Shown here one piece after another: positions 28,698 through 39,476 of a DNA stretch of 64,000 nucleotides. Each line of letters opens with the position of its first letter. Within the stretch, counting starts at the first letter, position 1. The translations under genes were made by a program, and so were the position numbers. Under the pieces are notes generated by a model. That model was not told where the DNA came from. It saw only the letters and a list, made by a program, of their open reading frames with translations, and did not search any database. Source of the DNA: Planctomycetia bacterium (GTDB lineage Bacteria; Planctomycetota; Planctomycetia; Pirellulales; Thermoguttaceae); NCBI GenBank assembly GCA_030527105.1, contig JAUNBK010000002.1, positions 44,215 to 108,214 on the forward strand. Direction: 5' to 3'.

Positions 28698-29564
28698 GTG
28701 GGTTTAAACTGTATTGTGTGTGTGAAACAGGTTCCTGACACGGCTAACGTTACGTCTGACGCTATGACGCCAGAAGGGACCGTGAATCGAAGCGCGCTTC
28801 CGACGATTTTTAATCCGGAGGACCTTCACGCGCTTGAGACGGCATTGGAAATTCGAGATCGTTGGGGCGGAAGCGTCACGGTTGTTTCGATGGGGCCTCC
28901 CAAAGCGGCGGATGTTCTGCGCGCTTGTTTGTTCCGTGGGGCGGATCGTGCGATTCTTCTCACCGACAGACGTGCGGCGGCGAGCGACACCCTCGCGACA
29001 AGCTACATTCTCGCTCAGGCAGTGAAAACTATCGGAAATTACGATCTCGTCTTGTGTGGGCGTCAGGCGATTGATGGCGACACGGCGCAGACCGGTCCTC
29101 AAATCGCCGAGAAACTTGCGTTGCCCCAAGTCACGTATCTCGAGGCGATCGAAAGTGTGAAAGACACGAACGGCGAAAAATCCGCACGAATCAAAAGAAA
29201 TGTCGGCAACGGCTGGGAGCTTGTGGACGTTTCGCTTCCCGCTCTCGCGACCGTTTTGGACACGGCGAACGAGCCTCGCCCTCTTGCGGCAAAAAAGGTG
29301 ATGCGTTTCAAGCACGCCGCGATTCCGGCGGAAGTCGACGAGGCAAAAGCGGAGGAACTTCGAGAGGAGAATCTCCTTATCGAGCAATGGACGCTTGACG
29401 ACATCAATGCCGACCTCGATCGTTGCGGCTTGGCGGGTTCTCCCACCAAAGTTTATCGGGTGGAATCCATCGTCCTCACGAAAGAAGGCTTCACGCCCGT
29501 CGAACCTACGGAAGAGGGAATCAGCAAGTTGATTCAGGAACTCGTTTCCGAACGAACGCTTTAG
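28698..29564 (+). CDS. etfB: Electron transfer flavoprotein, beta subunit
   Basis: 288 aa (GTG start). N-terminal IVCVKQVPD and DLVLCGRQAIDGDT motifs. Confidence 0.9.
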   Translation: MGLNCIVCVKQVPDTANVTSDAMTPEGTVNRSALPTIFNPEDLHALETALEIRDRWGGSVTVVSMGPPKAADVLRACLFRGADRAILLTDRRAAASDTLATSYILAQAVKTIGNYDLVLCGRQAIDGDTAQTGPQIAEKLALPQVTYLEAIESVKDTNGEKSARIKRNVGNGWELVDVSLPALATVLDTANEPRPLAAKKVMRFKHAAIPAEVDEAKAEELREENLLIEQWTLDDINADLDRCGLAGSPTKVYRVESIVLTKEGFTPVEPTEEGISKLIQELVSERTL

Positions 29565-29624
29565 GCTCAATGTGAGTACATTTTTTATCCTAATAGAACG
29601 AAACAAGAAATAAGAAATAAAAAA

Positions 29625-30662
29625 ATGGTTGAACCGAATCGACAAGGAGAAGTTTGGGTATTTGCGGAACAGCAGGACGGCATCCTGCATGACGTTTCGT
29701 TGGAATTGTGCGGCAAAGCGCGTGAATTGGCGGATCGGCTTAATGTTTCGGTCGGAGCCGTCCTCCCGGGCTACAACGTCGCGCACCTTGGGAAGACCCT
29801 CATCGCGCACGGCGTCGACAATGTGTACATCGTGGATGAGCCGTCGTTAAAGAACTACACCACCAGCCCTTATGCGCAATGTGTGGTGTCGCTCATCGAA
29901 AAACACCACCCGCAAATCGTGCTTTATGGCGCGACGCCGTTGGGGCGAGACCTTGCCCCGCGCATTGCGAGCACCACGCGATCTGGACTCACGGCGGATT
30001 GTACCGACCTCGACATTAGCAATGTCACGGATGGTCGAACGAAAATCGAACACGAAAATTTGCTCCTCCAAATTCGACCCGCTTTTGGTGGAAACATCAT
30101 CGCGACAATTGTCAATTACGACAGCTGGCCTCAAATGGCGACCGTCCGAGAGGGCGTAATGTCGATGAGGGAGCCGGACCAAAATCGACAGGGACAGATC
30201 ATTCACGAAAACGTCGAGGGGCTGAGCGCATTGGCGGAACTCGTTCAGGTGATTGAGAGGCACGTCGAGGAGAGAAAGATCAATCTCAAGGCGGCGAGAA
30301 TCATCGTCGCGGGCGGTGGTGGCGTCGGAAGTCGTGAAAATTTCGAGTTGATTCGCGAGCTCGCGGGCGCTATTGGCGGCGTCGTGGGTGCGAGTCGTGC
30401 GGCAGTCGATAGCGGATTTATCGGAAAAGAATACCAAATCGGGCAAACCGGCACGACCGTGCGACCTGCCCTCTATATCGCCGTCGGAATCAGCGGAGCG
30501 GTACAGCATCGCGCCGGCATGGAGGATTCCGCAAAAATCATCGCCATCAATACCGATCCGCAGGCGCCCATCTTTGGCATTGCGCATTATGGAATTGTCG
30601 GGGACTTGAACAAAGTCGTTCCTATGCTGACCAAGGCGCTCAGGAATCGTCGTCGTGAGTAG
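29625..30662 (+). CDS. etfA: Electron transfer flavoprotein, alpha subunit
   Basis: 345 aa. C-terminal FAD-binding block GASRAAVDSGF...QIGQTGTTVRPALYIAVGISGAVQH. Confidence 0.9.
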   Translation: MVEPNRQGEVWVFAEQQDGILHDVSLELCGKARELADRLNVSVGAVLPGYNVAHLGKTLIAHGVDNVYIVDEPSLKNYTTSPYAQCVVSLIEKHHPQIVLYGATPLGRDLAPRIASTTRSGLTADCTDLDISNVTDGRTKIEHENLLLQIRPAFGGNIIATIVNYDSWPQMATVREGVMSMREPDQNRQGQIIHENVEGLSALAELVQVIERHVEERKINLKAARIIVAGGGGVGSRENFELIRELAGAIGGVVGASRAAVDSGFIGKEYQIGQTGTTVRPALYIAVGISGAVQHRAGMEDSAKIIAINTDPQAPIFGIAHYGIVGDLNKVVPMLTKALRNRRRE

Positions 30663-30769
30663 AATTCCTGCGCAGATTGGCTGTGCGAGTTGGCAAAAAG
30701 ACGGGCGCGCCTCGGGGTGCGTGGTTTTTCAAAAAATGTGTAACAATTCAATTATTTATATAAAAAATC

Positions 30770-32515
30770 ATGGGAAACTATTATCTCGATAACGAAGATA
30801 TCCAGTTCTATTTCGACGTTTTAGACGTTAAAAAGCTGGCTGAGATTCAGGAAGATTATGCCGACAATGGCGAGGCGGACTATGTGCCGCGCGATTTGGA
30901 TGATTGTGTCGATAATTATCGCCGCATCCTCGAAATCGCTGGGGCGATCGCTGCCGACACGCTCGCAAAAAATGCCGAGCAGGTCGACGAGGAGGGGAAC
31001 ACCCTCAATCCCGACGGAACCGTCACGCTTCATCCTCTCGTGCGCGAGAATCTCAGGAAAATGGCGCAGGCCGACTTGATGGGATTCACGCTCCCGAGGC
31101 GTTATGGTGGGCTGAATTGTCCCACGCTCGTCTATACAATGGCGACGGAAATTGTCGCGCGGGGCGACGTCTCGTTCATGAATATGTTCGGGCTGCAGGG
31201 CATTGCCGAGACGATCAATGCGTTTGCGAATCAAGAAATTAAGGACGAAACCCTCCCAAGGTTTTGCTCCGGAGAAGTGACGGGGGCGATGGTTCTCACC
31301 GAGCCGGACGCGGGAAGCGACCTCCAAGCCGTCCGACTGCGCGCCGATTATGACGAAGCGACCGGGCAGTGGCTCCTCAACGGCGTCAAACGTTTCATCA
31401 CAAACGGCTGCGGTGAAATCCTTCTCACCCTTGCGAGAAGTGAGCATCATATCGACGACGGGCGTGGTTTGAGCCTATTTATCTCGGAGAGAAACGAGTG
31501 CGTCAAAGTCCGCCACCTCGAGCACAAGTTGGGAATCCACGGCTCCCCCACTTGCGAGTTGGTTTTCACCAATTGCCCCGCAAAATTGATCGGAGACCGC
31601 CAGCGTGGTTTGATCACGTACGTGATGGCGCTCATGAACGGCGCGCGTTTGGGTATTGCCGCTCAATCCTTGGGCGTGGCGGAAGCTGCGTTTCGATTGG
31701 CGAGGGTGTATGCGAATTCGCGCTGCCAATTTGGCGGACCTATTGAGAATCTGCCTCCCGTGGCGGAAATGCTCACGGATTCGAAGGTCTCGATCGAAGC
31801 CGCGCGCGCATTGGCGTACGAAACCGCTGCCGTCTGCGACCAGGAAAACAACGCTCTTCGTCTGACGGAGACGATTGAAGACTTGCCGAAAGAGCGCTCG
31901 AAGGAGCTTAAGCAGGTGACGCGAAAGCTGAAGCGCCTGAACGCAATGCTCACGCCAATGTCCAAATTGTATGCCTCAGAGATGTGCAATAAGGTGGCGT
32001 ACGACGCGATCCAAGTCCTCGGCGGCTCCGGCTACATGAAAGATTACGCAGCAGAGCGCTACGCACGCGACGCGAGAATCACGAATATTTACGAAGGAAC
32101 GAGCCAACTCCAAGTCGTGGCGGCAATCAAAGGAATCACGAGCGGAATTTTCAAAGATTACGTTGAAGAGATGGAGAAAGTCGTTTACGAGGATGCCGAG
32201 TTGGAGGAGTTGAAGGCGCAGCTGGTGGATGCGAAAGCGAAAATTCAAGAGTGCGTCGACTTCGTGAAAGGGTGTTCCGTTACGTATACGGACCTCAACT
32301 CACGCAGACTCGTCGAGATGGGCATGAGTGTCATTATTGGACATTATTTGCTCAAACAAGCCGCAAAATGCGATCGAAAAAAGACAATTCTCAAGTACTT
32401 CCTGGCGCGAGAGATTCCGATGATCGATCGTTATCGACAGCGCATTTTCAACGGCAATCAACTTGCGGTGGATGCGTATCTTGAGATCGTGGGAGAGGTT
32501 CCTCAGGCGGAATAA
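30770..32515 (+). CDS. Acyl-CoA dehydrogenase (long form, about 580 aa)
   Basis: LTEPDAGSD, GSPTCEL and IYEGTSQLQ motifs. It lies immediately downstream of etfBA. Confidence 0.85.
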   Translation: MGNYYLDNEDIQFYFDVLDVKKLAEIQEDYADNGEADYVPRDLDDCVDNYRRILEIAGAIAADTLAKNAEQVDEEGNTLNPDGTVTLHPLVRENLRKMAQADLMGFTLPRRYGGLNCPTLVYTMATEIVARGDVSFMNMFGLQGIAETINAFANQEIKDETLPRFCSGEVTGAMVLTEPDAGSDLQAVRLRADYDEATGQWLLNGVKRFITNGCGEILLTLARSEHHIDDGRGLSLFISERNECVKVRHLEHKLGIHGSPTCELVFTNCPAKLIGDRQRGLITYVMALMNGARLGIAAQSLGVAEAAFRLARVYANSRCQFGGPIENLPPVAEMLTDSKVSIEAARALAYETAAVCDQENNALRLTETIEDLPKERSKELKQVTRKLKRLNAMLTPMSKLYASEMCNKVAYDAIQVLGGSGYMKDYAAERYARDARITNIYEGTSQLQVVAAIKGITSGIFKDYVEEMEKVVYEDAELEELKAQLVDAKAKIQECVDFVKGCSVTYTDLNSRRLVEMGMSVIIGHYLLKQAAKCDRKKTILKYFLAREIPMIDRYRQRIFNGNQLAVDAYLEIVGEVPQAE

Positions 32516-32631
32516 CGAAGCGAGTCGGACGGCAATTTGGGACTCCAACTTGTCGTCCGATTTTGTTTTTTGTCCATCAAGGAGGAATCGCAAGGCGAGA
32601 AGCGGAAGTCGCGGAGGCAACGGAGGTAGTC

Positions 32632-34836
32632 GTGCTCTTTCTTCATCCTTTTTTTCTCGGGGCACTCGTGTGCGCAGGGATACCCATTCTGCTTCATTTT
32701 TTGACGAAACCGAAGCCGAAACGGGTCGTTTTTCCTGCGTTGCGCTTTCTCCAAGAGAATCGCCAGTCGCGCGCTCAATCGCTCAAAATTCGGCACATCC
32801 TTCTCATGCTGCTTCGGGTGGCGCTTATCGTTCTTATTGTTTTGGTTTTTGCACGCCCTCAAACCTCGGGAGGAGATGCGGCGGGGGAAAACGCGCCGAC
32901 TGCCGCTATCTTCGTGTTCGACAATCTTCCGAGAATGGATTATATGCAAAAAAACAAGTCTCGTTTGGACGAGGCGAAGGATCGAGCGCGTGGGTTTTTG
33001 CGGCGTCTGCCTGCCGGGAGTGTTGCGGCGGTCGCGACGCCTCAAACGACTCCCACTGCGTTTTTGCCCGATCGAGAGGAGGCGCTTCGGCAAATTGAGC
33101 GTTTGGAGACCGTCCCTTCGCTCAAGGATTTAACGCGAGTGTGTGCGGAATCGTTGAAACTCTTTGATAATTGCGACTTGCCGAGAAAAGAAATTTTTAT
33201 TTTCACGGACGGAAGCGAGGAAGCGTGGAGTGTCGACTCGAATGCCCTGAAACAAGCGCTCGAACACCACCCCTCGACACGCGTGACACTGGTCGACGTG
33301 AGTGCGACGGAGGTCGCCAACTCCTGTTTGGAGATTCCTCTCGCGGACAATTTCCAAGTCCTTCGTGGCGGAAACGTTCGAATTCAGGCGCGAATATTTC
33401 GAACGGGCGTCGTTTCGCACGTTCAAAGGGCGGCATTGTTCCTCGTGGACGAGAATGGAGTCCCGCAAAAACGAGGCGAGAAGGAGATTCGCGACGTACA
33501 AAATGCCGAGTCCGTTTTCGAGTTTGAGATCGGGGGCTTGAGCAATGGGACGCACCAAGGGTGGATCGAGCTGACGCCGTCGGACGCGCTTGAGTGCGAC
33601 AATCGGCGTTTTTTCACGATCTACCTTCCGCCTCCCGCGCCGATTTTGCTCGTGGCAGACGCGCCTGCCGAAAAAAGCGCCTTTCTCGTGAAACAAGCAT
33701 TGGCGCCCGCTCTCCTTCAGAAGGAGAATAGAGCCAAATTTGAGTGCGACGTCGTGTCCCACGAGGAGTTCAAGCGCCGTTTAGAAAATAGCACCGAAAG
33801 CGGCTCCCTCCAAAATTATCGCTCCATTTTCGTCTTGAATCCAAAATCCTTCTCGCCGCGCCAGTGGAACACCATGGCGCAATTCGTTCATGATGGTGGC
33901 GGGATTGGTTTCTTCTTGGGCGACGCAATTGAAAAAGGTGCCGATTTTTCGACTCTCGAGGCGCGGCTGATTTTGCCCGCGACGGTTGAATTCCAAGCGC
34001 GTTGGTCGGACGGAGTCGCTCTCGCGATGCCGAGGGGCGTCACTCATCCGATCGCTCAGACGTTTGTCGATTTGGAGGTTCCGATCCCGTGGTCTGCGTT
34101 CCCCATTTTTCGCGCATGGCAGACTGGCACGTTAGAAAAAGGGGCGCAAACGGCGTTGTTTTTCGAGAATGGCACTCCCGCCGTCCTCGAGAAAGCGTAT
34201 GGACGCGGCAAAGCGCTTTTAATGACCACGCCTATCCATGTTGAGACCGGCGGCTCCGAGCGACAGTGGAACCTCCTCCCGCTCGGGGAATCGTGGATTT
34301 TCGTGGTGCTTATGAATTCGATTGCCGATTATTTATCCCATGGCGAGGATGTGTCGTACAACGTGACGAACTTCCAAACGCTTCGCCTTGTGCCGCCAGA
34401 GGAAGCGGGTGAGCGTTTTTGGCTCGCACCGCGCGAAATCGTCGAAACGAACCCCACAGCCGCGCCCAACACAGCGCTTTCGACTCGCGAAGGCGTTGTG
34501 TCGCTTGTTGCGGATAGAAAAGCGCGCAGCCTCGACGTCCCGGCGCTCGAACGCTCGGGGAATTATGTACTACGCAGCGAGGAGTCCGATTTTTGGCGCG
34601 GAATCAGCGTGAATATGCCCCGTTTTTGTACGCACATTCAACCGTTGCCGACGGAAGAGCTTCGCGAGGTTTTTGTGCCACTCAACGTGTCGATTTTGAA
34701 AAACGCGCAGGGAAATTTGCGCGAAGAGACGCGATTTTGGTCGAGTGTCGACTGGTTCGCGATTCTTGCGCTTCTCACGATTTCGCTTTTCATTGTGGAA
34801 AATTGGCTTGCGGGTCGATTCTACAAAATTTTATAA
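32632..34836 (+). CDS. BatA-type N-terminal double-TM protein (aerotolerance-operon-like) with a VWA-like region
   Basis: GTG start at 32632 after GGAGG. N-terminus LFLHPFFLGALVCAGIPILLHFLTKPKPKRVVFPALRFL is the canonical BatA N-terminal domain. There is a C-terminal TM helix. Confidence 0.7.
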   Translation: MLFLHPFFLGALVCAGIPILLHFLTKPKPKRVVFPALRFLQENRQSRAQSLKIRHILLMLLRVALIVLIVLVFARPQTSGGDAAGENAPTAAIFVFDNLPRMDYMQKNKSRLDEAKDRARGFLRRLPAGSVAAVATPQTTPTAFLPDREEALRQIERLETVPSLKDLTRVCAESLKLFDNCDLPRKEIFIFTDGSEEAWSVDSNALKQALEHHPSTRVTLVDVSATEVANSCLEIPLADNFQVLRGGNVRIQARIFRTGVVSHVQRAALFLVDENGVPQKRGEKEIRDVQNAESVFEFEIGGLSNGTHQGWIELTPSDALECDNRRFFTIYLPPPAPILLVADAPAEKSAFLVKQALAPALLQKENRAKFECDVVSHEEFKRRLENSTESGSLQNYRSIFVLNPKSFSPRQWNTMAQFVHDGGGIGFFLGDAIEKGADFSTLEARLILPATVEFQARWSDGVALAMPRGVTHPIAQTFVDLEVPIPWSAFPIFRAWQTGTLEKGAQTALFFENGTPAVLEKAYGRGKALLMTTPIHVETGGSERQWNLLPLGESWIFVVLMNSIADYLSHGEDVSYNVTNFQTLRLVPPEEAGERFWLAPREIVETNPTAAPNTALSTREGVVSLVADRKARSLDVPALERSGNYVLRSEESDFWRGISVNMPRFCTHIQPLPTEELREVFVPLNVSILKNAQGNLREETRFWSSVDWFAILALLTISLFIVENWLAGRFYKIL

Positions 34837-34925
34837 TGCTTCGCATTGAAATTTCCCGTTCCGTCCACCGTCGGAGCTACGCACCACGTCACGCAAAACG
34901 GGAATTTTAAAGGACGATCAGTATA
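34832..34925 (+). repeat. Family-A element with an internal deletion, between two co-oriented genes
   Basis: Its TATAAT contains the TAA stop (34834-34836) of the BatA-like gene. It ends 17 nt before the ATG at 34943. Confidence 0.85.
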
Positions 34926-34942
34926 GGAAATGAGAACGAAAA

Positions 34943-37234
34943 ATGCTCAATCCAATTTTCCACAACATTTGGATTCCGACCGCAACGATCCTCGTCGCGT
35001 GCCTCCTTGCGCTCTGGTTTGCGCCGCAAAAAGAGGGTCGGCGTGTGTGGAGAATTGCCGCGATTCGGTGTTTTGCGATACTTTTATTCGCGCTGGCGCT
35101 CTTTCGCCCTGCTTTTTTGGAGGTCGAAACGGAGTATTTTTCTGGAACCGTTTTGATTCTCCTCGACGTCTCGCAAAGTATGAGCGTCCGCGATGTGGAA
35201 GTCGGAGGCGCGAGGCAGCTTGAGAACGAGTCGCGCTTCGAGTCCGCACGTCGCGCGCTTGAGGCGTCCGCGCCGCAGTTGGACGCGCTCACGAAAAAGG
35301 TTCGCGCTCGAGTTTGGACGTTCGACGACACGACATTTCCCACGACATTGGAGGACGGCAGCGTCGCACTCCCGGACGAACCCACAGGGCGCGCGAGCGC
35401 AATCGGGGCGGCGTTGGAGGACTCATTGAACGAGGCGGCGGGGGAGAAAATCCTGGGCGTTGTCCTTTTTAGCGACGGCGCGCAGAGGGCGACTGGCGCG
35501 AGAACCACTCTCCCGCAGAACGCTGCCGCGCGTTTGAAGCGTATGGGCGTGCCGCTTTATCCCGTCTGCTTCGGGTCGTCGGCTGAGGACAATCGAGTGA
35601 AAGAAGCCGTCGTGGAAGACTTCCAAACGCCGCAGCGTGTGTTTGTGGACACGGAACTCCCCGTTTCGGGATCCGTGCGTTTGGAGGGATTGGAGGGGGC
35701 GGAAGTCCCGCTCGTGCTCGAGGTGGAGTATGCCGATGGGGTGCGTGAGCGCGTGGGAGAAACGACGCTCCGCCCCTCGCGCGCAAGCGAAACGTTCCCC
35801 ATTTTATTGACGTGGCTCCCCAAGCGCAAGGGCGAAGTGAAAATGACGCTCCGCCTCCCTCCCGTGGAGGGGGAAACCTCGTTGGAAAATAACGAATTGA
35901 GCGCGTTCGTCAATATTGTGGAGGGGAATCTCCCCGTCCTTTATCTTGAGGGGGCGCATCGTCCCGAGACGGGTTTTTTGCGACGCGCGCTCCTCTCCGC
36001 AAGAGAGATTCAACTGGACGTTTTTCATATTTCCGCGTGGGATGCCGAGGGGCGTCCATCAATGAGGGAGTTGTTGCGCAAGCCGTACGCATTGGTGATT
36101 TTGGGAGACGTGGACGCCTCGTCGTTCAGCGTGGCGGACTGGACGCTTCTTCGTGAAAAGATAGCCAACGGTACCGGGCTTCTGACGCTTGGCGGCGTGC
36201 AAAACTACGGATCTGGCGGCTTTTTTGGCTCTCCTATGGCGGAAGTTTTCCCCATTGAGATGGATCGATTGGAGCGTCGACGACCAGAAGATCCCGTTTC
36301 GCCAAGTGCGCAGTGGGATCGTCCTCTCAAAATGACTCCCACACCAGCGGGGAGGCGGCACTTTGCGTTGGCGCTCGACGCGAACTCGCAAACTTCGGCG
36401 TCTTTGTGGGACACGCTCCCGCTTTTAGACGGCGCGAATCGATTTGTGGGGATCAAGCCCGGGGCGACGACGCTCGCTCATTGCGCAACGGACGAGGGGG
36501 AAATTCCCCTCCTTCTCGAGACGATCTACGGACGTGGGCGCGTAATGACGCTCCCCATTGATTCGACGTGGCGTTGGGTCTTGGCGGGGCACGAATCCGC
36601 ACACGCCCGATTTTGGACGCAACTCGTTTTTTGGCTCGCGCAAAAAGAGAATTCCATGGAGGGCATGGTCGATATTTTGATGCCCCAGCGTCGTTTTTCG
36701 CAACAGCAGCCAATCTCCTTTCAAATCACGGCGAAATTATCGACCGGGGAAAATCTCGTCGAACGTATCGCGCTCTCGACCAACCCCAATTGGGAGGATT
36801 GGGACGCTTTTTTGGAGCTCCCCGACGGAACGCGCGAGCAGATTGCTCTCCAGCCCGAGTCGGAGGCGCTCCGTGGCACGATCTCGCGAGCCTTGCCGCC
36901 GGGGGATTATTCGATCCACGCATCTGTCTCGCACGCGGGTGAGAAAATCGGCGACGCGCAATGTCGTTTCTCCGTTTTCCACTACGATTTGGAGATGGAC
37001 AGCGTGAAAGCGGATCCTCAAATGATGGCGGCGCTTGCCGAGATTTCTGGGGGCGAAGTCGTATCTGGCGCAGCTCTTGGTGGGCTGTGGGAAAAACTCG
37101 CCGAAAAACAAAACGATTTGAAAATCGAGCGCGAAATGATCATCTCCGTGTGGGATCGGTGGTATTGGATGCTTCTTTTGATTTGTGTCCTCTCGTTGGA
37201 GTGGTATTTGCGTCGCCGAATAGGTTTGGTTTGA
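34943..37234 (+). CDS. Membrane-anchored VWA-domain protein (partner of the BatA-like gene)
   Basis: 763 aa with N-terminal TM helices, the MIDAS-like motif VLILLDVSQSMS, and a C-terminal TM helix. Confidence 0.65.
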   Translation: MLNPIFHNIWIPTATILVACLLALWFAPQKEGRRVWRIAAIRCFAILLFALALFRPAFLEVETEYFSGTVLILLDVSQSMSVRDVEVGGARQLENESRFESARRALEASAPQLDALTKKVRARVWTFDDTTFPTTLEDGSVALPDEPTGRASAIGAALEDSLNEAAGEKILGVVLFSDGAQRATGARTTLPQNAAARLKRMGVPLYPVCFGSSAEDNRVKEAVVEDFQTPQRVFVDTELPVSGSVRLEGLEGAEVPLVLEVEYADGVRERVGETTLRPSRASETFPILLTWLPKRKGEVKMTLRLPPVEGETSLENNELSAFVNIVEGNLPVLYLEGAHRPETGFLRRALLSAREIQLDVFHISAWDAEGRPSMRELLRKPYALVILGDVDASSFSVADWTLLREKIANGTGLLTLGGVQNYGSGGFFGSPMAEVFPIEMDRLERRRPEDPVSPSAQWDRPLKMTPTPAGRRHFALALDANSQTSASLWDTLPLLDGANRFVGIKPGATTLAHCATDEGEIPLLLETIYGRGRVMTLPIDSTWRWVLAGHESAHARFWTQLVFWLAQKENSMEGMVDILMPQRRFSQQQPISFQITAKLSTGENLVERIALSTNPNWEDWDAFLELPDGTREQIALQPESEALRGTISRALPPGDYSIHASVSHAGEKIGDAQCRFSVFHYDLEMDSVKADPQMMAALAEISGGEVVSGAALGGLWEKLAEKQNDLKIEREMIISVWDRWYWMLLLICVLSLEWYLRRRIGLV

Positions 37235-37414
37235 AATTCAATCCATCTACATTTTGTGGAGTGGCATTCCGTATAACACCATATTTTCCCAAAGACTATG
37301 AAAGATTCAAAAGTTGGCGCAGGTTGAAATTTTTTATTAAAAATTCCCCTTGTCCACTTGCATCCCGCCCCAATTTAAGGTATAATGATCCCAGTGGTGG
37401 GTCGTTTTGTGGTA

Positions 37415-37513
37415 CATTGCGTTGAAATTTCCGGTTTTGCCTGCGTTGGAGCGACGCACCTCGGCTCGCAAAACGTTGCGAAAAACGGAAATTTTAGAGC
37501 ACAACAAGTATAA
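37415..37513 (+). repeat. Family-A element ending about 14 nt before the FGE-family gene start
   Basis: GCGTTGAAATTTCCGGTTTTGCCTGCGTTGGAGCGACGCACCTCGGCTCGCAAAACGTTGCGAAAAACGGAAATTTTAGAGCACAACAAGTATAA, followed by AGGAGG and the ATG. Confidence 0.85.
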
Positions 37514-37527
37514 AGGAGGACGTGTAT

Positions 37528-38610
37528 ATGAAAAAAGCGTTAATATTGTTGTTTTTGCTCACGCTCCCAACGTTGATTTTTGCCGAAGAGACGCTTCGGA
37601 CGTGGAGGTCAAAAACAGGCGTGGCGATTATCGAGGCAGCGTGGGATTCGACGAACGATCCGAGTGAGGAATTCGTCTTTCTGCTCAAAGGAGAACGGCG
37701 GTATCGAATACCGCTCGAAAATCTATCTGAGGAAGACAAAAAATACGTTTCCGACGGGCGAATGAGGAAATTGGCGGAGTTTGGTTTGGTTGACGTGACG
37801 AACGAGACGCCGAAAGATGTGAGACCACAAGAAGTGGCGTCGCCTCCCGTTTCGGATGGTCGCTCGGCAGGCGAGCGGATGGTGCGGACGATATGGGGCG
37901 TGGAGTACGCATTTCGTTGGTGCCCAGCTGGGAGTTTTATGATGGGTAGTCCTCCAGGAGGGGGGCAGCCATCCGAGAACCCACAACACCTTGTGACGCT
38001 CACAAAGGGCTTCTGGATGCTGGAAACGGAAGTCACACAAGCGATGTGGGAGAGAGTGATGGGGAGTAATCCGAGTCATTTTAAGCGTTCAAATCTGCCA
38101 GTGGAGAGCGTGAATTGGCTCGATTGCACGAGGTTTTGCGAGAAAATATCAGAACTGTCCGGGTTAAAAATCCAACTCCCGACTGAGGCGCAATGGGAGT
38201 ACGCATGTCGAGCAGGGACGACGACGGCTTTTTCGTTCGGCAACACATTGTTCGGCGGCAAGGCGAATTGCGATGGAAATTCTCCAGATGACGCGAACTC
38301 GCTGGACAGTACGAAAATCATTATCAATATAAAGAGGACGACCCCCGTGGGGAGCTACTCGCCGAACGCTTGGGGGTTGTACGACATGCACGGCAACGTG
38401 TGGGAGTGGTGTTCGGATTGGTATGGCAGTGGTTATTATGCGACGTCGCCAACGAGCGACCCGAATGGCCCCGAGAGCGGCTCGCAGCGCGTATTTCGTG
38501 GCGGCAGCTGGGGCAACTCCGCCGAGTTCTGCCGGTCCGCGCTTCGACGCTGCGATGATCCAACGTACTCGTGCGACCACGTTGGCTTCCGCCTCATCTT
38601 TGTTCCCTAG
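37528..38610 (+). CDS. SHD1-domain + formylglycine-generating-enzyme (SUMF1/FGE-sulfatase) family protein
   Basis: Signal peptide. SHD1-like block RTWRSKTGVAIIEAAWD...RYRIPLENLSEEDKKYV. FGE-family motifs VTQAMWERVMG, NAWGLYDMHGNVWEWC and RVFRGGSW. Confidence 0.8.
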   Translation: MKKALILLFLLTLPTLIFAEETLRTWRSKTGVAIIEAAWDSTNDPSEEFVFLLKGERRYRIPLENLSEEDKKYVSDGRMRKLAEFGLVDVTNETPKDVRPQEVASPPVSDGRSAGERMVRTIWGVEYAFRWCPAGSFMMGSPPGGGQPSENPQHLVTLTKGFWMLETEVTQAMWERVMGSNPSHFKRSNLPVESVNWLDCTRFCEKISELSGLKIQLPTEAQWEYACRAGTTTAFSFGNTLFGGKANCDGNSPDDANSLDSTKIIINIKRTTPVGSYSPNAWGLYDMHGNVWEWCSDWYGSGYYATSPTSDPNGPESGSQRVFRGGSWGNSAEFCRSALRRCDDPTYSCDHVGFRLIFVP

Positions 38611-38624
38611 CGGGAGGGCGATTT

Positions 38625-38729
38625 TATAATACTTCTCGTTGAAATATCCGTTTCCGTCCGCCGTCGGAGCTACGCACCACGGCTCGCAAAGCGTCGCGTA
38701 AAACGGGTTTTAAAGGAGAAAGAGTATAA
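38625..38729 (+). repeat. Family-A element
   Basis: Near-consensus copy directly after the FGE-family gene stop. Confidence 0.9.
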
Positions 38730-38732
38730 GAT

Positions 38733-38778
38733 GCTCACTCCGTTCGCGAATGCTGTTTATCTTTTTGACGCAGCACTA
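38733..38778 (+). repeat. Family-B fragment (distal part only)
   Basis: GCTCACTCCGTTCGCGAATGCTGTTTATCTTTTTGACGCAGCAC matches the reverse complement of 3815-3860 (GCTCACTACGTTGGCTAATCCTGTTTTTTTGACACAGCC). Confidence 0.5.
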
Positions 38779-39476
38779 CCCCCCGAAGCCGAGAACGAAG
38801 CGAAGCGGAGTTCAGGAGCAATTCCTCTCTTTCAGAGGGGTGGCAGTTGGAGGCTGACGGGGTGTTGCACCGGGGGGAACGCATTTCCCACTTCAAAACT
38901 ACCCCCCGCCCTACGGACGTATCCCTTCAAAGAAGAGGGATTGATTGGTTTTTGTGCAATATCTCAAAAATCAAAGATATACGGTACTTTTTCAGAGTGT
39001 TTTACGATATGTCGATTTTTACGAGGCTGTATGATTATGGATTTTTTCAAAATGTTTTAGTCCGCTATTCGTAAAAAATACGATGTTGCGTAGAAATGGG
39101 AGTCTAACGAGTTTCGCACTTTTGTGTTTTTTGATTCTTTTTGGTGAAAAATGCGTTTTTGGGGTGTTTTTTGCGATTGGATGTTTTTCGCAAAAGTGGG
39201 TTTTAGCGCTGAAATTCCACAGTAAAATTGATATTCGTCAATTTAATTGTTTTTGAGGTTGTTTTGTGGTGTGTTTCACACTTGTTTTTGCACACTCAAA
39301 CGGAATTGTATGGAACGCGGACTAAAACTTCGACCTTCTCGGACAACAATCTTTAGAACCCGTGTTTCATGCGCTCGATGGCGAAAGGTAACGTTTTTTC
39401 TCTGGGAAAAAGCGCAACATGGGCACCCGTTTGAATTCGACATTTTTGAGAAGGGGAAGTTGGACGTTCCCCTCGC

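Noticed and set aside
38731-39060. ORF 38731..39060 (109 aa) as a gene
   Set aside because: It starts inside repeat-derived sequence (family-A end followed by a family-B fragment). Its composition is odd (Cys/Phe-rich, low complexity) and it has no RBS beyond the repeat's own AAGGAG.
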